Source: Candidatus Eiseniibacteriota bacterium (GTDB lineage: Bacteria > Eisenbacteria > RBG-16-71-46). Taken from it: a DNA stretch of 64,000 bases. Each line of letters begins with the position of its first letter. The first letter of the stretch is position 1. Of the stretch, positions 59,654 through 64,000 are shown piece by piece. The notes below the pieces were generated by a model. It saw nothing but the letters and a program-made list of their open reading frames with translations, did no database searches and was not told the origin of the DNA. The position numbers were made by a program, and so were the translations under genes. The DNA lies in NCBI GenBank assembly GCA_963744995.1, contig CAVUWA010000002.1:384001-448000 (forward strand), read 5' to 3'.

Positions 59654-60199
59654 ATGATTCAGGAACCCGTTCACAAGCCGCTTCTGCGTATCGGCGACGT
59701 CGCCCGCCTCACGGGCAAGTCCGTCCGGGCGATTCACCTTTATGAAGAACTGGGCCTGCTGGAGCCGGCGCGGCGTTCGAGCGGCGGCTTCCGTCTGTTC
59801 GACCATTCCGCGACCGAGCGCATCCGCTGGATCGATCTGCTCCACAACATGGGCTTCTCGCTTCAGGACATGCGCGGGCTCGTGAAGGACTGGTGGAGCG
59901 CCAAGCTCGGCCCCGAGGCCATGCAGGAGCTGCACGAACTCTTCGCGCGCAAGCTCGAAGAGACCAGGGACGCGATCCGCCGACACCGGCAGCTCGAGAA
60001 CGAGCTGCTCGAAGGGATCGCCTACCTCGAGACCTGTTGCGAGTGCGGGTCGCCCGCAGCGGTCGACGGTTGTGTGAACTGCACGCAGGATCACGGCATG
60101 CAGGAGGAGCCGGCGCTGGTGGCCGGCATCACGTCCGCCCCGGACGCGGCGAAGAAGCGCCGGCGCCCGGCTTTCGTCAAAATCGAAGAGATCGAGTGA
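59654..60199 (+). CDS. MerR-family transcriptional regulator with a C-terminal Cys cluster
   Basis: LRIGDVARLTGKSVRAIHLYEELGLL.P.RRSSGGFRLF; tail TCCECG....GCVNCTQDH. Confidence 0.88.
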   Translation: MIQEPVHKPLLRIGDVARLTGKSVRAIHLYEELGLLEPARRSSGGFRLFDHSATERIRWIDLLHNMGFSLQDMRGLVKDWWSAKLGPEAMQELHELFARKLEETRDAIRRHRQLENELLEGIAYLETCCECGSPAAVDGCVNCTQDHGMQEEPALVAGITSAPDAAKKRRRPAFVKIEEIE

Positions 60200-60206
60200 A
60201 AAAACC

Positions 60207-60575
60207 ATGGATCTTCCGATCATGAATCAGTCCGGCACGAAGGCCGGCAACGAAGTGAAGCTCACCCAGCTGGCCGCGGAGAAGGTGAAGGAGCTTCTCG
60301 CGGAGCGACAGATGGATGGTCACGGCCTGCGGCTCGGCGTCCGCGGCGGCGGCTGTTCGGGCAACTCCTACTTCATGGAGTTCGCCGAGAAGGCCGAAGC
60401 CGGCGATCTGTCGTTCGACAGCCACGGCGTCAGGCTGATCGTCGACCAGCGCAGCATGGCCCTGCTCGCCGGGACGGAGATCGATTTCGTCACCGGCCTC
60501 ATGGGATCCGGCTTCAAGTTCAACAATCCGAATGTTCGCCACAGCTGCGCCTGCGGCGAGAGCTTCACCGCCTAG
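60207..60575 (+). CDS. A-type Fe-S carrier (HesB/IscA/SufA family)
   Basis: LRLGVRGGGCSG.SY, GFKFNNPN, CACGESF. Confidence 0.93.
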   Translation: MDLPIMNQSGTKAGNEVKLTQLAAEKVKELLAERQMDGHGLRLGVRGGGCSGNSYFMEFAEKAEAGDLSFDSHGVRLIVDQRSMALLAGTEIDFVTGLMGSGFKFNNPNVRHSCACGESFTA

Positions 60576-60679
60576 AACCTTTCCGGGAGCGCGACGGGGC
60601 GCGGGACACCGCGCCGGATGACGGCTCTCGATAACGATCCCGCCGGTCGCAGGCGGCGCGGCGGAAGGAAACGAAACGC

Positions 60680-61492
60680 ATGAGCCAGACACCCGAACTC
60701 GTCGTGAAGGATCTCCATGTCGCCATCGAGGGCAAGGAGATCCTCAAGGGCCTGAATCTCGAAGTCCGCAAGGGCGAGATTCACGCCATCATGGGGCCCA
60801 ACGGCTCCGGCAAGAGCACGTTCGCCAATACCCTGATGGGCCATCCGCGCTACGAGGTGACCGGCGGCGACATCCTGTTCAAGGGCGAGAGCGTGCTCGA
60901 GATGGAAACCGATGCGCGGGCCCGCGCGGGCCTGTTCATGGCGTTCCAGTACCCGGTCGCGATTCCCGGCGTGACGGTCGCGAACTTCCTCAGAAGCGCG
61001 CTCAACGCGCGGCTCTCCGCGGCCGGCGCCGCGAACGGCAACGGCGCCGTTCCGATGAACCGCGGGATCGCCCCGAAGGAATTCCGCGGCATGCTCAGGG
61101 AGAAGATGGAGTTGCTCAAGGTGGACGAGTCGTTCGCGACGCGTTACCTGAACGATGGCTTCTCCGGCGGCGAAAAGAAGCGCGCCGAGATCCTCCAGAT
61201 GGCGATGCTCAAGCCCGAGATCGCGATCATGGACGAGACCGATTCCGGTCTCGACATCGACGCGCTGAAGATCGTGTCCGGTGGCGTGAATGCGCTCGCC
61301 GGTCCCGACATGGGCGTGCTGGTGATCACGCACTACCAGCGCATCCTCAACTACATCCAGCCGCACCGCGTGCACGTGCTCGTGGACGGACGCATCGTCC
61401 GTTCGGGCGGCCCCGAGCTCGCCCATGAGCTGGAGAGCAGGGGCTACGAATTCGTCCGCGGTGATTCCACGAAGGAGGTGGCAGCGTCATGA
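60680..61492 (+). CDS. sufC: Fe-S assembly ATPase SufC
   Basis: [54 protein letters not shown]. Confidence 0.97.
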   Translation: MSQTPELVVKDLHVAIEGKEILKGLNLEVRKGEIHAIMGPNGSGKSTFANTLMGHPRYEVTGGDILFKGESVLEMETDARARAGLFMAFQYPVAIPGVTVANFLRSALNARLSAAGAANGNGAVPMNRGIAPKEFRGMLREKMELLKVDESFATRYLNDGFSGGEKKRAEILQMAMLKPEIAIMDETDSGLDIDALKIVSGGVNALAGPDMGVLVITHYQRILNYIQPHRVHVLVDGRIVRSGGPELAHELESRGYEFVRGDSTKEVAAS

Positions 61493-62898
61493 CCACCACA
61501 CCTACGGTCGGGATTCGCGATGGCTACGAACAGAAATACGGATTCCACGATCCCGACGGATTCGTGTTCAAGGCGCGCAAGGGCCTGAACAAGGAAGTGG
61601 TCGCCGAGATCTCCGCCCACAAGGGCGAGCCGAAGTGGATGCTCGACTACCGGCTCAAGGCGCTCGAGATCTTCGAGAAGAAGCCGATGCCCACCTGGGG
61701 CGGCAACGTCGGCGAGATCAAGTTCGACGACATCTACTACTACGTGAAGCCGACCTCGACGGAGTCCAAGTCGTGGGACGACGTGCCCGCGGACATGAAG
61801 CGGACGTTCGACCGGCTGGGCATTCCCGAGGCCGAGCAGAAGTTCCTGGCCGGCGTGGGTGCGCAGTACGACTCGGAGGTCGTCTACCACAAGATCAAGG
61901 AGCATCTCGAGGCGCAGGGCGTGATCTTTCTGTCGGCGGACCATGGGCTGCGTGATCACGAGGCGCTCTTCAAGGAGCACTTCGGCACGGTTATTCCGTC
62001 GAGCGACAACAAGTTCGCGGCGCTGAACTCGGCCGTGTGGTCGGGCGGGTCGTTCATCTACGTGCCCAAGGGCGTCAAGGTGGACGTGCCGCTGCAGGCC
62101 TACTTCCGCATCAACACCAAGGACATGGGGCAGTTCGAGCGCACGCTGATCATCGTCGACGAGGGCGCCTACGTGCACTACGTCGAAGGCTGCACGGCGC
62201 CGACCTATTCGAGCGATTCCCTGCACTCGGCGGTCGTCGAGATCGTCGTCAAGGCCGGCGGCCGTTGCCGCTACACGACGATCCAGAACTGGTCGAACAA
62301 CGTCTACAACCTGGTCACCAAGCGGGCGATGGCGTATCGCGATGCGACCATGGAATGGGTCGATGGCAACCTGGGCTCCAAGCTCACGATGAAATACCCG
62401 TCGGTCTACATGATGGAGCCGGGTGCGCACGGAGAGATTCTGTCGATCGCGTTCGCCGGCAAGGGCCAGCACCAGGACGCGGGCGGCAAGGTGGTGCATT
62501 GCGCGCCGGACACCTCCAGCAAGATCGTGTCGAAGTCGATCAGCAAGGACGGCGGTCGCGCGGGCTACCGCGGGCTCGTGAAGGTCCAGAGGGGCGCCGA
62601 GAACTGCCGCAGCACGGTGCAGTGCGACGCGCTGATTCTCGACGAAGCCTCGCGCTCCGACACGTACCCGTACATGGAAATCGAAGAGGACAGGGTTTCG
62701 ATCGGCCACGAGGCCACCGTGTCGAAGATCGGTGACGAGCAGCTCTTCTACCTCATGAGCCGCGGCATCAACGCCGACGAAGCTGCGGCGATGATCGTAT
62801 CGGGATTCATCGAGCCGATCGTCAAGGAGCTGCCGATGGAGTACTCCGTCGAGATGAACCGGCTGATCCAGCTGCAGATGGAGGGGTCGGTCGGATGA
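61489..62898 (+). CDS. sufB: Fe-S assembly protein SufB
   Basis: [62 protein letters not shown]. Confidence 0.97.
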   Translation: MTTTPTVGIRDGYEQKYGFHDPDGFVFKARKGLNKEVVAEISAHKGEPKWMLDYRLKALEIFEKKPMPTWGGNVGEIKFDDIYYYVKPTSTESKSWDDVPADMKRTFDRLGIPEAEQKFLAGVGAQYDSEVVYHKIKEHLEAQGVIFLSADHGLRDHEALFKEHFGTVIPSSDNKFAALNSAVWSGGSFIYVPKGVKVDVPLQAYFRINTKDMGQFERTLIIVDEGAYVHYVEGCTAPTYSSDSLHSAVVEIVVKAGGRCRYTTIQNWSNNVYNLVTKRAMAYRDATMEWVDGNLGSKLTMKYPSVYMMEPGAHGEILSIAFAGKGQHQDAGGKVVHCAPDTSSKIVSKSISKDGGRAGYRGLVKVQRGAENCRSTVQCDALILDEASRSDTYPYMEIEEDRVSIGHEATVSKIGDEQLFYLMSRGINADEAAAMIVSGFIEPIVKELPMEYSVEMNRLIQLQMEGSVG

Positions 62899-64000
62899 CG
62901 ACGACGGAACTCCACACGCAGACGAAGTTCGAAACCGCCTGGGCGGCGCGCGCCGCCGAGCGCGCGAAGGAGCGCGGCGAGCCGGACTGGTCGCTCGCGC
63001 GGCGCGCGGAGGCCGTGGCGGCACTCGGCCGCATGACGTTCCCGGCGCGCACCGACGAGCTCTGGCGCCGTACCGACTTCCGCACCGTCGAGCAGGGCAT
63101 GGCCGGGCTCGATGCCTTCGCGGAGGGGCCGCGGGCACGCACGATCGACGATCTTCCGGCGAGCGTGATCGAGCGGCTCGCCGGCGAGACCGGGCAGGTG
63201 GCGCTGGTGGTGCAGCGCGACGGCGACGTCGTGTTCGAGCAGACGCACCCCGAACTCGAGAAGCAGGGCGTGATCGTGTGTTCGCTGGATCGCGCGCTGC
63301 GCGACCACGGCGACCGTGTGCGCGAGGTGTTCGGCGCGTCGTTGCGCGCGGACTACGACTGGTACACGGCGCTTGGCATGGCGATCCACTCGGGCGGCGC
63401 GTTCGTGCACGTCCCGGACGGCGTCGAAGCCGCGGTGCCGGTGCGGGTCTTCCACGTGCTCGACGGCGCAGGGCGCCTGCAGGCCCCCCGCACGGTGATT
63501 TCGCTCGGTCGCGGCAGCCGCGCGACGGTGATCGAGGAGCAGTTCTCCGGCGCGGCCGACGGGCTCGCGGTGCACCTTTCGGGCACCGAGGTCTACGTCG
63601 GCGACGAAGCGAAGCTGATCTACGGCACCCTTCAGGATTGGGGCCGCAACGTCTACCACTACTCGAATGCGCGGGCCCGAGTCGGGCGCGATGCCGAGCT
63701 GCAGTGGATCCAGACGCTGCTCGGTTCGCGGATGGCGAAGGCGAACGCCTATTTCGACATGGTCGGGCCCGGTGCGCAGGCGTTCGTGCACGGCTTCATG
63801 TTCGGCGACGCGCGGCAGCACTTCCATCTGCACACGCTGCAGCGACACCTGGTGGACCACACGACGAGCGACCTGCTCATCAAGGGCTGCCTGAAGGATC
63901 GGGCACGCAGCATCTACCAGGGTCTGATCCAGGTCAGTGAGGGCGCGCAGCGCACGGACGCCTACCAGGCGAACCGCAACCTGCTGCTCTCCGATCAGGC
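62895..64000 (+). CDS. sufD: Fe-S assembly protein SufD (partial; runs off the window)
   Basis: ATG overlaps the sufB stop; [43 protein letters not shown]. No stop in the window. Confidence 0.9.
   Translation, partial: MTTTELHTQTKFETAWAARAAERAKERGEPDWSLARRAEAVAALGRMTFPARTDELWRRTDFRTVEQGMAGLDAFAEGPRARTIDDLPASVIERLAGETGQVALVVQRDGDVVFEQTHPELEKQGVIVCSLDRALRDHGDRVREVFGASLRADYDWYTALGMAIHSGGAFVHVPDGVEAAVPVRVFHVLDGAGRLQAPRTVISLGRGSRATVIEEQFSGAADGLAVHLSGTEVYVGDEAKLIYGTLQDWGRNVYHYSNARARVGRDAELQWIQTLLGSRMAKANAYFDMVGPGAQAFVHGFMFGDARQHFHLHTLQRHLVDHTTSDLLIKGCLKDRARSIYQGLIQVSEGAQRTDAYQANRNLLLSDQ

Overview
High-GC bacterial genomic window. A FlgD-Ig-type C-terminus and a C-terminal 'SWGRLKSYYR' motif on secreted proteins suggest, by inference, an FCB-related candidate lineage such as Ca. 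Eisenbacteria. Contents from left to right: (1) a minus-strand cluster of secreted proteins: a DMF-amidase-beta/DUF6605-like protein (partial), a cohesin-like protein, and a 1348-aa Calx-beta/dockerin/cohesin/FlgD-Ig protein carrying three near-identical 342-bp repeats. (2) Reductive pyrimidine catabolism genes scattered over 37 kb: hydA, a class-III aminotransferase, preT, preA and an NCS1 permease. (3) Split pntA/pntB transhydrogenase and NADP-isocitrate dehydrogenase. (4) A frameshifted protein with ADP-ribosyltransferase-like motifs. (5) A four-gene DUF11 operon. (6) A compositionally distinct accessory block with an ECF sigma, two Ser/Thr kinases, secreted proteins and gene remnants. (7) STAS, a DCC-LMF fusion, fur-katG (katG has two single-base frameshifts) and a methyltransferase. 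(8) A clade II N2O reductase cluster (cyt c-nosZ-D-F-L-Y-B-Rrf2). (9) A Cys-tailed MerR regulator heading iscA-sufC-sufB-sufD (sufD truncated by the window edge). Top hypothesis: the DUF11 operon encodes an undescribed covalent fibre. Its C-terminal DUF11 domains lack their last beta-hairpin, and a matching Asn-bearing hairpin sits at the mature N-terminus of the major subunit and of the outer-membrane barrel protein. This predicts donor-hairpin complementation with intermolecular Lys-Asn isopeptide bonds, a tip adhesin, an outer-membrane anchor and a non-catalytic chaperone. No rRNA, tRNA, CRISPR array or transposase was recognised. Five single-base indels suggest assembly errors.
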